Positions 7,993 through 17,863 of a stretch of 64,000 nucleotides of DNA are shown piece by piece. Below the pieces are notes generated by a model. The model was not told the origin of the DNA. It searched no databases and saw only the letters and a list, made by a program, of their open reading frames with translations. The stretch is taken from NCBI GenBank assembly GCA_046313635.1, contig JBKBYA010000003.1, positions 160,001-224,000 of the forward strand. The letters are read 5' to 3'. The position numbers and the translations under genes were made by a program. Each line of letters starts with the position of its first letter. Position 1 is the first letter of the stretch. Source of the DNA: Pyrinomonadaceae bacterium (GTDB lineage: Bacteria; Acidobacteriota; Blastocatellia; Pyrinomonadales; Pyrinomonadaceae).

Positions 7993-10440
7993 ATGACCGA
8001 TTCAAGACCCTACGTCCTCGATCTCGACCAGGTGGGTGCCGACGACGTCGCGCTCGTCGGCGGCAAGTGCGCGAGCCTTGGTGAATTGTTTCGCGAGCTG
8101 ACCGGGCAGGGCGTGCGCGCGGTCGACGGATTTTCGACGACGAGCCACGCGTACGAGGTGCTGCTCGAGACCGGCGGCGTGCGAAAGCGTTTGCAAAAGC
8201 TGCTCAAGGGACTCGACGTCGACGACCTCGCAGAACTCGAGCGCGTCGGCGCAGAGGCGCGGCAGATGATACTCGACACGCCGTTTCCCGACGAGGTGGA
8301 ACGTTCGATCGTCGACGCCTACGACCGACTATGCGAGCGTGTGGGGAAGCGTGAATGCGAGGTCGCCGTGCGCTCGTCGGCAACGGCTGAGGACCTGCCC
8401 GATGCTTCGTTTGCCGGCCAGCAGGACACCATCCTGAATGTGAAGGGCCGCGTAAGGCTGATCGAGGCGTGCCGCCAGTGTTACGCCTCGCTCTGGACCG
8501 ACCGCGCGATCTCATACCGTCAGACAAAAGGATTCGATCATTTCGATGTCGCACTCTCGATCGGCGTGCAGCCGATGGTGCGGTCGGACGCGGCGTGCTC
8601 GGGCGTGATGTTCACCATCGACACCGAGAGCGGATTTCGCGATGCGGTCGTGATCAACGGTGCGTGGGGATTGGGTGAGGCGATCGTGCAGGGAATGACG
8701 ACGCCCGACGAATGGATCGTCTTCAAGCCGACGCTCGATCTCGGATTTCGCCCGATCGTCACACGCAAGCTCGGCAGCAAAGAGGTCAAGATGATCTTTG
8801 CCGAGGAGGGCCCGGGCACTCAGGTCAAGGACGTCGTCGAGACGCAGCGAAACCGCTTCTGTCTCGCGGGCTTTGAAGTCATCCAGCTCGCCAAATGGGC
8901 GTGCGCGATCGAGAAGCATTATTCGCAGCGTGCCGGCCGCCACCAGCCGATGGACATCGAATGGGCAAAGGACGGCGTCACAGGCGAGCTCTTTATCCTG
9001 CAGGCACGGCCCGAGACCGTCCACGCGCAGAGCGACCAGACCTATATCGAGCGGTACAGGCTCACGGGCGCTCACGGAGCTCCGCTCGTGACCGGCGTCG
9101 CCGTCGGCGACAAGATCGGCCAAGGCACCGCGCACATTCTCAACGATCCTGAAAAGCTGCGCACCTTTCGCGAGGGCGAGATCCTCGTCACGACGATGAC
9201 CGACCCGGCGTGGGAGCCGATCATGAAGCGCGCCTCGGCGATCGTCACCGAACGCGGCGGCCGTACGTGTCACAGCGCGATCATCAGCCGCGAGCTCGGC
9301 ATCCCGTGCATCGTCGGCACCGGCAACGCGACCGAGGTCATTCGCAGCGGAACGGAGATCACCGTCTCGTGCGCCGAGGGCGATCAGGGAAACGTTTATT
9401 ACGGCCGTGTCGATTTCGAGGTCGAACGGCAGGAGATCAGCGACAAGCAGCGGCCGCGAACGCAGGTGATGATGAATGTCGGCGACCCGGACCACGCCTT
9501 TGCCGTCTCGCGTCTGCCGAATGACGGCGTAGGACTTGCCCGGCTCGAGTTCATCATCAACAACCACATCGGCATTCACCCGATGGCGCTCTGCAATTAT
9601 CCGAACCTGCGCCGCAAGGAGGACGTCGAGGAGATCTCAAAACGCATCCTCGAGGAAGATCCTAAAGAGTTCTTTATCCGCAAGCTCGCCGAGGGCATCG
9701 GCCGCATCGCCGCCGCCTTTTATCCCAAGCCTGTGATCGTGCGGATGTCGGACTTCAAATCGAACGAGTACGCGATGCTGATCGGCGGCCGCGAATTCGA
9801 GCCGCACGAGGAAAATCCAATGCTCGGCTTTCGCGGCGCGTCTCGCTATTACGACGAGCGTTACCGGCCGGGCTTCAAGCTTGAATGCCAGGCGATGCTC
9901 CGTGTTCGCGAGGACATGGGCCTGACGAACGTCAAGGCGATGATCCCGTTCTGCCGCACGGTCGAAGAAGGCGAAAAGGTCATTCAATTGATGGCCGAGT
10001 TCGGTCTCGTGCAGGGCGAGAACGACCTCGAGATCTACGCGATGTGCGAGCTGCCGGCGAACGTGGTCTTTGCCGACGAGTTCTTAAAGGTATTTGACGG
10101 CTACTCGATCGGGTCGAATGACCTTACACAGCTCGCGCTCGGGCTCGACCGCGACTCGGAGATGGTCGCGCACCTTTTCGACGAGCGGAACGGTGCCGTT
10201 GAGAAGATGGTCGCGATGGCGATCGACGCTGCGAAACGCAACGGCAAGAAGATCGGCATCTGCGGGCAGGCACCTTCGGACTATCCGGAGTTTGCCGAGT
10301 TTCTCGTCGAGCGCGGCATCCATTCGATCTCGCTCAATCCCGACACGGTCATCCGGACGACGCAGCACATCCTCGAAACGGAAAAGCGGCTCGGCATCGA
10401 TCGGGCCGGCATCGAAGCGAGCACGACCGTCGCGAGCTAG
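7993..10440 (+). CDS. ppsA: Phosphoenolpyruvate synthase
   Basis: VGGK, AVRSSATAEDLPDASFAGQQ, GGRTCHSAII phospho-His, SIGSNDLTQ, GICGQAPSD. Confidence 0.97.
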   Translation: MTDSRPYVLDLDQVGADDVALVGGKCASLGELFRELTGQGVRAVDGFSTTSHAYEVLLETGGVRKRLQKLLKGLDVDDLAELERVGAEARQMILDTPFPDEVERSIVDAYDRLCERVGKRECEVAVRSSATAEDLPDASFAGQQDTILNVKGRVRLIEACRQCYASLWTDRAISYRQTKGFDHFDVALSIGVQPMVRSDAACSGVMFTIDTESGFRDAVVINGAWGLGEAIVQGMTTPDEWIVFKPTLDLGFRPIVTRKLGSKEVKMIFAEEGPGTQVKDVVETQRNRFCLAGFEVIQLAKWACAIEKHYSQRAGRHQPMDIEWAKDGVTGELFILQARPETVHAQSDQTYIERYRLTGAHGAPLVTGVAVGDKIGQGTAHILNDPEKLRTFREGEILVTTMTDPAWEPIMKRASAIVTERGGRTCHSAIISRELGIPCIVGTGNATEVIRSGTEITVSCAEGDQGNVYYGRVDFEVERQEISDKQRPRTQVMMNVGDPDHAFAVSRLPNDGVGLARLEFIINNHIGIHPMALCNYPNLRRKEDVEEISKRILEEDPKEFFIRKLAEGIGRIAAAFYPKPVIVRMSDFKSNEYAMLIGGREFEPHEENPMLGFRGASRYYDERYRPGFKLECQAMLRVREDMGLTNVKAMIPFCRTVEEGEKVIQLMAEFGLVQGENDLEIYAMCELPANVVFADEFLKVFDGYSIGSNDLTQLALGLDRDSEMVAHLFDERNGAVEKMVAMAIDAAKRNGKKIGICGQAPSDYPEFAEFLVERGIHSISLNPDTVIRTTQHILETEKRLGIDRAGIEASTTVAS

Positions 10441-10461
10441 CGCCGGTTAGAGCTAACGAGC

Positions 10462-11001
10462 GTGACCGGGACCGCAGAAAACTACATTTCCAGAGAAACG
10501 CGCTCGCGGTTTCGCAGACAGGCCCGCCAGGTTTGGTCGGCGGCCGCGATCTTCACGTTTGCGTGGCTGATCCTCATCGCGATCGCGCCGGTGTCTCGAA
10601 CGGCCGGCCGGATCGGGCTCGCCGATCTCGTCTACGGCTTCTTCGGGTTCTTATGTCACCAGATGCCGGAGCGTTCGCTGCATTTGGCAGGTGAGCCTTT
10701 AGCTGTGTGCTCGCGATGCTTTGGAGTGTATTTCGGTCTGTTTGCGGGGGTGCTGGTCTATCCGCTCTTCAAACCCGTCGATGCGATCGAGCCGCGTTCG
10801 CGGCTGTGGCTTTTCGCGTCGCTCCTGCCGATCGGCGCGGACTGGGCGTCGGGAGTGCTGGGCATCTGGGACAATACGCACCTCTCACGCTTCGGCACCG
10901 GCGCGATCCTCGGCGCGGTCTGTGCGTTCTACATCGTGCCGGCCGCCGTCGAGCTCGTCCGAAGCCTCGCATATCGACGGGCATTAAAAAGGGCCGCCTA
11001 A
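10462..11001 (+). CDS. DUF2085-like membrane protein
   Basis: CHQMPERS and CSRCFGVY motifs with TM helices. Confidence 0.8.
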   Translation: MTGTAENYISRETRSRFRRQARQVWSAAAIFTFAWLILIAIAPVSRTAGRIGLADLVYGFFGFLCHQMPERSLHLAGEPLAVCSRCFGVYFGLFAGVLVYPLFKPVDAIEPRSRLWLFASLLPIGADWASGVLGIWDNTHLSRFGTGAILGAVCAFYIVPAAVELVRSLAYRRALKRAA

Positions 11002-11091
11002 ATTTGGCGGCCTCAAGCTAATCTAAATCCGTTTCCGATATCAATTTTCGATAGCGTGTTCGGCAGTGCCTGTCGGGCACCCCTCGATGGT
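10985..11091 (-). ncRNA. Candidate ~105-nt sRNA with its own promoter and terminator
   Basis: Minus-strand TTGCCA-17bp-TAGAAT promoter upstream; ends in GGCCGCC/GGCGGCC hairpin plus U-tract; no plausible ORF inside. Confidence 0.6.
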
Positions 11092-11098
11092 AAGTTTC

Positions 11099-11127
11099 AT
11101 TCTAACCATACGCTTTTGGTTTGGCAA
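11099..11127 (-). promoter_or_regulatory. Sigma70-type promoter (minus strand)
   Basis: -35 TTGCCA (11127-11122), 17-bp spacer, -10 TAGAAT (11104-11099). Confidence 0.7.
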
Positions 11128-11210
11128 GGCTTGTGAATCTTCGACGGCCGAACTTTCGTTGACTGCCCTCCGTAAAAGGTGGAAGATTACGAAAAGGAAG
11201 ACGCTCGATT

Positions 11211-11492
11211 ATGGGTTTTTCACAAGATTCGGCGGTCGCTGCGGCCAGACGCGATCTGGCGTCCAGGCTCGGTGTCGATGAGAGCACGATCGACGAGGTT
11301 TCGGTTGTCAAGACCGATTTCCCGGATATGTCGCTCGGAGCACCGGTCGACGGTGAGATGTCAGCGCAGATGATCGCGACCGGCTGGCGCATCGACCTTG
11401 CGGCTGACGGACAAAATTACGAGTACCGCGCCGACAAATATCAGCTTCGCCTGCGCAACTTCAAAGGTAGGAATTACGTCATAAACTCCTAG
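11211..11492 (+). CDS. Small hypothetical protein
   Basis: Host-like codon usage; PDMSLG...MSAQMIATGWRIDL...YEYRAD; co-oriented with the protease. Confidence 0.75.
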   Translation: MGFSQDSAVAAARRDLASRLGVDESTIDEVSVVKTDFPDMSLGAPVDGEMSAQMIATGWRIDLAADGQNYEYRADKYQLRLRNFKGRNYVINS

Positions 11493-11533
11493 ATACTTCA
11501 GCACGGCCGAAACGCCGCAGGAGCAGTACCAAT

Positions 11534-12961
11534 ATGAACCGCAGTAACATCTGGATACACATCGGTCTTGCGGCCGTCGTGATCACGTTCGCCGCCGTGC
11601 TGGGGCAGATCGACCGCTGGAAAAACTCGCTTCGCACGCCGAGCGGCTCCGAAGTCATGCTCCGCGCATCGGACGACGCCGAGCCTGCAGGTCGTGGAAC
11701 CGGCGAGCCCGAGGTCCTCGTCAGATTCAAGCCCGGCGTGACGCTCGGTGCGATCAGGTTTGTGACCGCCCGTAATCACGACGCCGTCGCCGACGAGATC
11801 GAGTCGGTCGGCGGGCTCGTCGCGATCGACGATCTCGACGACGCAGACCCGCAGGCGGTTGCAGACCAGTACGCGCGTATGAGCGATCTGGTCGCGTACG
11901 CCGAGCCGAATTTCGAGATCGAGCTTGACGACCCGGCTCCCGGACGTTCGACCGCCGACGGCGATCCGAATACATACGAGTACGGCCAGCCGAACGACCC
12001 GCAGTTCGCCGATCAGTGGGCGCTGCACAACGTCGGGCAAAATGGCGGCAAACAGCGAGCCGACATCGACGCGCTCAAGGCGTGGGCGAGGACGCACGGC
12101 AGCGAGGATGTCGTCGTCGCCGTGCTCGACAGCGGCGTCGATTATACGCATCTCGATCTGCAGTCGAATATGTGGATGCGGCCCGAGCGGATGCCGGCCT
12201 ATATCGACGACGAGCTCGGCTCGTTTGACGACGAACGCGGATTTGACGTCGATGCCGGCGTCTCGGGCGACCCGATGGACGACAACGGCCACGGCACGCA
12301 CGTCGCGGGCATCATCGGAGCCGAGGGCGACAACGGCGAGGGCATCGCCGGCGTGAACTGGAACGTCCGGATCATGCCGCTCAAGTTCCTGGGCCGCGGC
12401 GGCTTCGGCACGGCAAAGGACGCGATCGCCGCGATCAACTACGCCATCGACCGCAAGAGCAAGGGCGTGAATATCCGCGTCATCAACGCAAGCTGGGGCT
12501 CGACGTCGAGGTCCAAGGCGCTCGAGGACGTCATCCGCGCGGCGGGCGACGCGGGGATCTTGTTCGTCGCCGCAGCGGGCAATAACGGCACCGATAACGA
12601 CAGGCGTCCGCACTACCCGTCAAACTACGACCTGCCGAACGTGATCAGCGTCGCGTCGCTCGACAATACAGATCAGCTGTCGTCATTCTCAAACTTCGGC
12701 GCAAAGACCGTGCACATCGCCGCACCGGGCCGCGAGATCCTCTCGACCTGGCTCGGCGATCAATATCGCGAAGCTTCGGGCACCTCGATGGCGACGCCTT
12801 ATGTTTCGGGTGTGGCGGCGTTGATCGTTGCCAGCGACCCGAAGATCACCGTCGCGGAGCTCCGCAAGCGGCTGTTGAATTCGGTCGACAAGATCGACGC
12901 GCTTGCGGGCAAGGTCGCGAGCGGCGGCCGGATCAACGCCGCAAAGGCGCTCGGAGAATAA
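11534..12961 (+). CDS. Subtilisin-like S8 serine protease with prodomain
   Basis: Catalytic triad AVLDSG, HGTHVAG, GTSMATP; N-terminal hydrophobic segment. Confidence 0.96.
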   Translation: MNRSNIWIHIGLAAVVITFAAVLGQIDRWKNSLRTPSGSEVMLRASDDAEPAGRGTGEPEVLVRFKPGVTLGAIRFVTARNHDAVADEIESVGGLVAIDDLDDADPQAVADQYARMSDLVAYAEPNFEIELDDPAPGRSTADGDPNTYEYGQPNDPQFADQWALHNVGQNGGKQRADIDALKAWARTHGSEDVVVAVLDSGVDYTHLDLQSNMWMRPERMPAYIDDELGSFDDERGFDVDAGVSGDPMDDNGHGTHVAGIIGAEGDNGEGIAGVNWNVRIMPLKFLGRGGFGTAKDAIAAINYAIDRKSKGVNIRVINASWGSTSRSKALEDVIRAAGDAGILFVAAAGNNGTDNDRRPHYPSNYDLPNVISVASLDNTDQLSSFSNFGAKTVHIAAPGREILSTWLGDQYREASGTSMATPYVSGVAALIVASDPKITVAELRKRLLNSVDKIDALAGKVASGGRINAAKALGE

Positions 12962-13162
12962 CGAGTCGGATGCACACTGGACGGCCCGGCCGGCTCGCCC
13001 AAGCCGCCGAGCCGTTTCTCTATTGCGACAGACGTTTACCTTGCTTGCCAACCGTAAAAAAACTAGAATTAGCCGTTGTTTGTTCAATGCCGACAGGCCC
13101 GATCCTTTACGTGCTCCGCGCTGCAAGATAGATCAGTAGTTTTGCAGGTTTGATCGTACTTA

Positions 13163-15427
13163 ATGAGAGAGTGTCAGCTCTGTAAGCACTGTTTCACCGA
13201 CGACGTCGCCGCCTGCCCGAATGATGGTATGCCCACCGCGCACACCATCAACGGCGAACCGGTGCTCGAAGGCAAATACCATCTCGAGCTCCGCCTCGGG
13301 CAGGGCGGGATGGGCGTCGTTTACAAGGCGCGGCACGCATACCTAAAGACCTATCACGCGATCAAGATCATCCTGCCCGACCTGGTCGGCAACGACCCGC
13401 AGCTCGTGACGCGCTTTCGTCAAGAGGCGCTCGCGGCCGCAGCCATTCGTCATCAGAACGTCGTCGCCGTGACCGATTACGGCGTGATACAGGGCTCGAT
13501 TCCGTTTCTCGTGATGGAGTACGTCGAGGGCGAGTCGCTCCACGACCTGCTCGCTCGCGAAAAGCGCTTGTCGCCCGAGATGGCCTTCGAGCTGATATCG
13601 GCCGTCTGTGCGGGCGTCGGCGCGGCGCATCATCAGGGCATCGTTCACCGCGACCTCAAGCCGCTGAACATAATGATCTGCAAGGACAAGCCGAGCATTT
13701 CACAGGCGGTGAAGATACTCGACTTCGGTCTGGCAAAGATCAAGTCCGGCGAGCTGCTCGGGTCATTCATACAGGCACAGACGACCGGGCTGATGGGCTC
13801 GCCCTACTATATGGCCCCCGAGCAGTGGTCCGACGACGACCCCGACGCGAGGTCAGACATATACTCGCTCGGCGTGATGCTTTTTCAGATGATGACGGGT
13901 GATGTGCCATTTAAGGGCTCGTCGATACCGGCGATCATGAAAAAGCACATCAGCGATCCGCCGCCGACATTTGCCGAGGTCGGACTCACGGTCACGCCCG
14001 AGATCGAGCAGGCCGTCCGCCACACGCTGCAAAAAGATCCGGACAACCGGACGCCGACCGTCGAGGCGATGGTCGACGAGCTCCGCGCGGCGATCTATCC
14101 GGCGGGGATCGGCATTCAAACGGCGGGCGGCGGACACAGCCTGCCCGTTTCGTCGCTGAATATCCGCACGCAGCCGCCGGGCTCGAACGTCTACGTTGAC
14201 AACGTGCCGGTCGGCCAGACGCGCGAGGACGGCTGGATCACGCTCAACGGCATCCAAAGCGGCAATCATCTCGTCCGCGTCAGTCACGACGGATTTGAAG
14301 ACTGGCTCGGCGACGTCGTCTGCGACGGCCGACCGCAGATGGTGCAGGCCGAGCTTCGCGCACGCGGCGAAGGCGGGGCCGCGCCGGCTGATGTCGGGCA
14401 GCGTTCGATCGGCGGGAGCCGCAGCATCGGGACGACGAGCGGATTTTCGAGAACGACACCCGAGATCGAAGAGGGCGACCAGACCATACTTCAAAACGTA
14501 AATACCGGTCCGGGCATCTTCTCCGACGCCGAAAGGCCGGCGCGCTCGACATTCTTTTCGCCTCTCGTCATCGCGATGCTCGTCGTCGTAGGGCTCGTCG
14601 GCTTAGCGGGAGCGGGCCTTGCCGGTGCGTATCTGCTCGGCGTTTTTGGGCCGTCGCGGCCGGCCGACACGCAGACTAATGCGAACGCCCGGCCGACAGC
14701 CTCGCCATCGCCGGCCTCGTCGACGGGCCCGGCGACCAGGGCCGAGATGGTATTGATCCCGGGCGGCACATTCAAAATGGGACGCAACGATGGACGCGAG
14801 AACGAGCGCCCCGAACACGAGGTCACGGTCAAGCCCTTTATGATGGACAAGACCGAGGTGACCAACGCCGAGTATTTCGAGTTTGTTAACGCGACCGGCC
14901 GCCGTCCGACGCCGGCGCATTGGGTCAACGACAAGCCCATTCCCGGGCAGGAGCAAATGCCCGTTCGTTTTGTGAGCTACGACGACGCCATGGCTTTTGC
15001 CGAGTGGCGCTCGCAGCGCGACGGCGTGGCGTACCGCCTGCCGACCGAAGAAGAATGGGAGTTTGCCGCACGCAACGGCGCCAAGGCCGATCTGTACCCG
15101 TGGGGCGACAAGTACGACGCCAAATGCGCCGTGCTCGACGAGCCGAGCCACGAGCCTAAAGCCGTCGGTTCAAGGTCTTGCCCCAACCAGTGGGGAGTCG
15201 TCGATCTGATCGGCAACGTCTTTGAATGGACGAGCTCGCCGCCGTCGCTCTATCCGGGCAGCCCGGGCACGCTCAAGCCTCTCAGCGAGTCGTACTATAT
15301 GGTCCGCGGTGGCTCGGCGCTGTACAAGTCGACCGGCCCGCTGGCGATCACCGCGACTTTCCGCCAAGAGGTTCCGGCAAAGAGGACCTTGGCCGAGCTG
15401 GGCTTCAGGCTCGTGAGGTCGCCGTAA
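13163..15427 (+). CDS. Hanks-type Ser/Thr kinase with PEGA-like segment, TM helix and C-terminal FGE-sulfatase (SUMF1) domain
   Basis: LGQGGMGVVY, HRDLKP, DFG, MAPE; FKMG...PEHEV...EVTNAEY, RLPTEEEWEFAA, GNVFEW, GFR. Confidence 0.95.
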   Translation: MRECQLCKHCFTDDVAACPNDGMPTAHTINGEPVLEGKYHLELRLGQGGMGVVYKARHAYLKTYHAIKIILPDLVGNDPQLVTRFRQEALAAAAIRHQNVVAVTDYGVIQGSIPFLVMEYVEGESLHDLLAREKRLSPEMAFELISAVCAGVGAAHHQGIVHRDLKPLNIMICKDKPSISQAVKILDFGLAKIKSGELLGSFIQAQTTGLMGSPYYMAPEQWSDDDPDARSDIYSLGVMLFQMMTGDVPFKGSSIPAIMKKHISDPPPTFAEVGLTVTPEIEQAVRHTLQKDPDNRTPTVEAMVDELRAAIYPAGIGIQTAGGGHSLPVSSLNIRTQPPGSNVYVDNVPVGQTREDGWITLNGIQSGNHLVRVSHDGFEDWLGDVVCDGRPQMVQAELRARGEGGAAPADVGQRSIGGSRSIGTTSGFSRTTPEIEEGDQTILQNVNTGPGIFSDAERPARSTFFSPLVIAMLVVVGLVGLAGAGLAGAYLLGVFGPSRPADTQTNANARPTASPSPASSTGPATRAEMVLIPGGTFKMGRNDGRENERPEHEVTVKPFMMDKTEVTNAEYFEFVNATGRRPTPAHWVNDKPIPGQEQMPVRFVSYDDAMAFAEWRSQRDGVAYRLPTEEEWEFAARNGAKADLYPWGDKYDAKCAVLDEPSHEPKAVGSRSCPNQWGVVDLIGNVFEWTSSPPSLYPGSPGTLKPLSESYYMVRGGSALYKSTGPLAITATFRQEVPAKRTLAELGFRLVRSP

Positions 15428-15449
15428 TGAGCTGCATCGGTCTTTGATC

Positions 15450-15480
15450 GGCACGGGGTCGGCAGGCTCCGTGCTTTTTT
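15450..15480 (+). terminator. Intrinsic terminator
   Basis: GCACGGGGTC/GGCTCCGTGC hairpin followed by a T-run. Confidence 0.7.
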
Positions 15481-15603
15481 ATTCTTTGCCGATACAGATG
15501 GGCCGGGAGCGAGCGGACTTTTAGATCGACGCGGCCGGATGCTAATGTTCTGAATATCGGGTCCGACGTCGGCTTCGAGGTCAGTCGGCCCGGCATATAT
15601 TAT

Positions 15604-16296
15604 ATGAAGCGGATATTTCAGCACGTTCTCTTTTTTGTTTTGGCGGTCGCGGTTTCGTCGATGACCGGGTGCGGCGGATCGGGCTCTGTCGGCGCTCCGG
15701 ACAGGTCCGCGGCGCCGGCCCGAAAGACTTCGGAATATCCGCCGCTCGCCTCGGCCGTCGCTCAGGCCGACATCAAGAATCTTGACGGTTCAACATTCAA
15801 GGTCGCAGACAAAAAGGGCAAGGTCGTGCTGCTGAATATGTGGGCCACATGGTGCAGCCCGTGCCGCGCGGAAATGCCGGCCCTTGTCCGAATGCAGGAC
15901 GCGTATCGCGATCAGGGATTTGAGGTCATCGGTCTGAATACCGCTGACGAGACCGTCGAGCAGATCAACGAGTTTACCCAGTCGATGGGCCTCAACTACA
16001 CCATCGCCTGGCCCGACACGAGGACGCAGGCCGAGCTGCTCAAGATCAGCAAGTTTCCCGGCATCCCGCAGAGCTTCCTCGTCGACCGCGACGGCAATCT
16101 TCGCGGCGTCTTTAAGGGAGCGAATCCGGCCGACATCCGCAAGATGGAAGAGCTCGTCGGCAAGGTCGTTCGCGGCGAAGATGCGGCCGTCCTGCCGCAG
16201 GACGAGCCGGGCAACGGCCCCGCTCAGACCGAGGCCGCGCCGATGCAGTCGCCCGGCAGCCCCGATAACCGGAGCAACGCGCCGTCCAAAAAGTAA
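15604..16296 (+). CDS. TlpA/ResA-like thiol-disulfide oxidoreductase lipoprotein
   Basis: Lipobox-like MTGC, WATWCSPC, GIPQSFLVDRDG. Confidence 0.92.
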   Translation: MKRIFQHVLFFVLAVAVSSMTGCGGSGSVGAPDRSAAPARKTSEYPPLASAVAQADIKNLDGSTFKVADKKGKVVLLNMWATWCSPCRAEMPALVRMQDAYRDQGFEVIGLNTADETVEQINEFTQSMGLNYTIAWPDTRTQAELLKISKFPGIPQSFLVDRDGNLRGVFKGANPADIRKMEELVGKVVRGEDAAVLPQDEPGNGPAQTEAAPMQSPGSPDNRSNAPSKK

Positions 16297-16305
16297 CGCC
16301 TCGAT

Positions 16306-17766
16306 CTAATCCTCAGCCCGCTCGATCGGCGGCACGCGCGGCTCGACCAGCACGGTCTTAAAGCTCGCGAGCCGCACCAGTCCCAGTGCCGAGCCCTTTG
16401 GCTTGTTGACGAATTTTTTCTGCGTGTAATTGACGGCCGCCTTTGTCTGCTTGCGGCCGCTGCTGTAAAAGGCGGCGAGCTGCGCCGCCTCGAACAGCGT
16501 CTTTTGCGGAACTTCCGTCCGGTTAGGATTGCGGACGACGACGTGCGACCCCGGATAATCTGCGGCGTGCAGCCATAGGTCGTTTGGGCCGGCGACGCGA
16601 AATGTCAGGTGGTCGTTGTCGGCAGCCTTCTTGCCGACAAGGATGTCGTAGCCGTCGCTCGAACGGAATCGCCTCGCTCCCCTGAATTGAGCCTTTGCCC
16701 TCGTCTTTTCTTTCTGCCGCGGCGCTGTCTCGGCGGTCTTGCCCGCGGCTTGTGAAGTGTCGGGAAGTTCGGCGTCAGCCGTCGAGCTGTCCAGCTCTCG
16801 CAGCCGACGTTCAAGATCGTCGATCTCCGCCCTCACGGTCTCGAGCCGTGCGGCGATCTCGACCGCCGCGTTGCGGGCGCGGGTGTAGCGCTTGAAATAC
16901 GACTCGGCCGATTCCGTGAGCGGGCGATTCTCGTCTACCTCGATCTCGATGCGGGGCAGCTGCGGGTCAAAGAGATCGGTCACCGAGATGCGGCCATTCT
17001 CGACGCGCGCGTCTGCAAGGTGAGCGAGGATCAGATCGCCGAACTTCTTCCAACGCCCGGCGTCGCCGTGCGCGGCGAGATCCGACTCGAGCCGGCCGAT
17101 CAGCTTGCGGCGGCGGGCGACCTCGGCCCGCAGTCTTGATCGTGCCGCGTCGATCCGCGAGCGGGCCGCCTGCTCGGCCTCTCGGCGAAGAAAATACTCG
17201 TCGAGCACCTTCGATATCGACCCCGCAACGTCCGGCGTCACGGGCACGCCGCCTTCGCGCCGTTCTCCGCCGTTTGCCGGCCGCTCGGGCGGCGAGTATC
17301 TCTGGCCGACCTGCTGCCCGTCGCCGCGCGTCTCGCGCATCGATGCGAGAATGTGGCCCGCCTCGTCCAGCACAAAAAGATTCGACGATCTGCCCGTGAG
17401 CTGGACAACGAGCTTCTTCAACGACCGTGAGCCGAAGTCGTCCGTCGTGTCGAATTCGAGAACGAGAACGCGCTCGCTCTCGACCTTCGCGACCGAACGC
17501 AATGCGCCGCCGGCGAGCAGCTTCTTTATCGCCAGATGAAACTGTCCCGGCGGCGTGGCGGCGCGTTCGAGGTCTCTGAGCCGCCGCTCGACGAGGTATG
17601 CCCGCGGAGCGGCCGGCTCGATGCTGATAAAGAGGTACTGCGAAGAGGGAATTCGCAGATCGATCGCTAAACGCGTCCGCGCCAGCGGGAAGATGCGGCC
17701 AAGCCTGCGGCCGAGTGCCGCGTCACTTATCTCCCGGCTCACGGCGGCGATCTGCGCGTCGTTCAT
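16306..17766 (-). CDS. RqcH/FbpA (NFACT) ribosome quality-control family protein
   Basis: ERVLVLEF, QLTGRSSN, YFKRY, VGK..ADND, DLWLHA..PGSHV, AAFYS, PKG..LG.V. Confidence 0.88.
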   Translation of the reverse strand: MNDAQIAAVSREISDAALGRRLGRIFPLARTRLAIDLRIPSSQYLFISIEPAAPRAYLVERRLRDLERAATPPGQFHLAIKKLLAGGALRSVAKVESERVLVLEFDTTDDFGSRSLKKLVVQLTGRSSNLFVLDEAGHILASMRETRGDGQQVGQRYSPPERPANGGERREGGVPVTPDVAGSISKVLDEYFLRREAEQAARSRIDAARSRLRAEVARRRKLIGRLESDLAAHGDAGRWKKFGDLILAHLADARVENGRISVTDLFDPQLPRIEIEVDENRPLTESAESYFKRYTRARNAAVEIAARLETVRAEIDDLERRLRELDSSTADAELPDTSQAAGKTAETAPRQKEKTRAKAQFRGARRFRSSDGYDILVGKKAADNDHLTFRVAGPNDLWLHAADYPGSHVVVRNPNRTEVPQKTLFEAAQLAAFYSSGRKQTKAAVNYTQKKFVNKPKGSALGLVRLASFKTVLVEPRVPPIERAED

Positions 17767-17863
17767 CGATACAGTCTATTGGGCCAAAAACAAAAGATCC
17801 AAGACGAGCCGTGAGGCGGATCGTCCTGGATGAATTGGGCGTTTAGAAAAACTTAAAAAAAGC

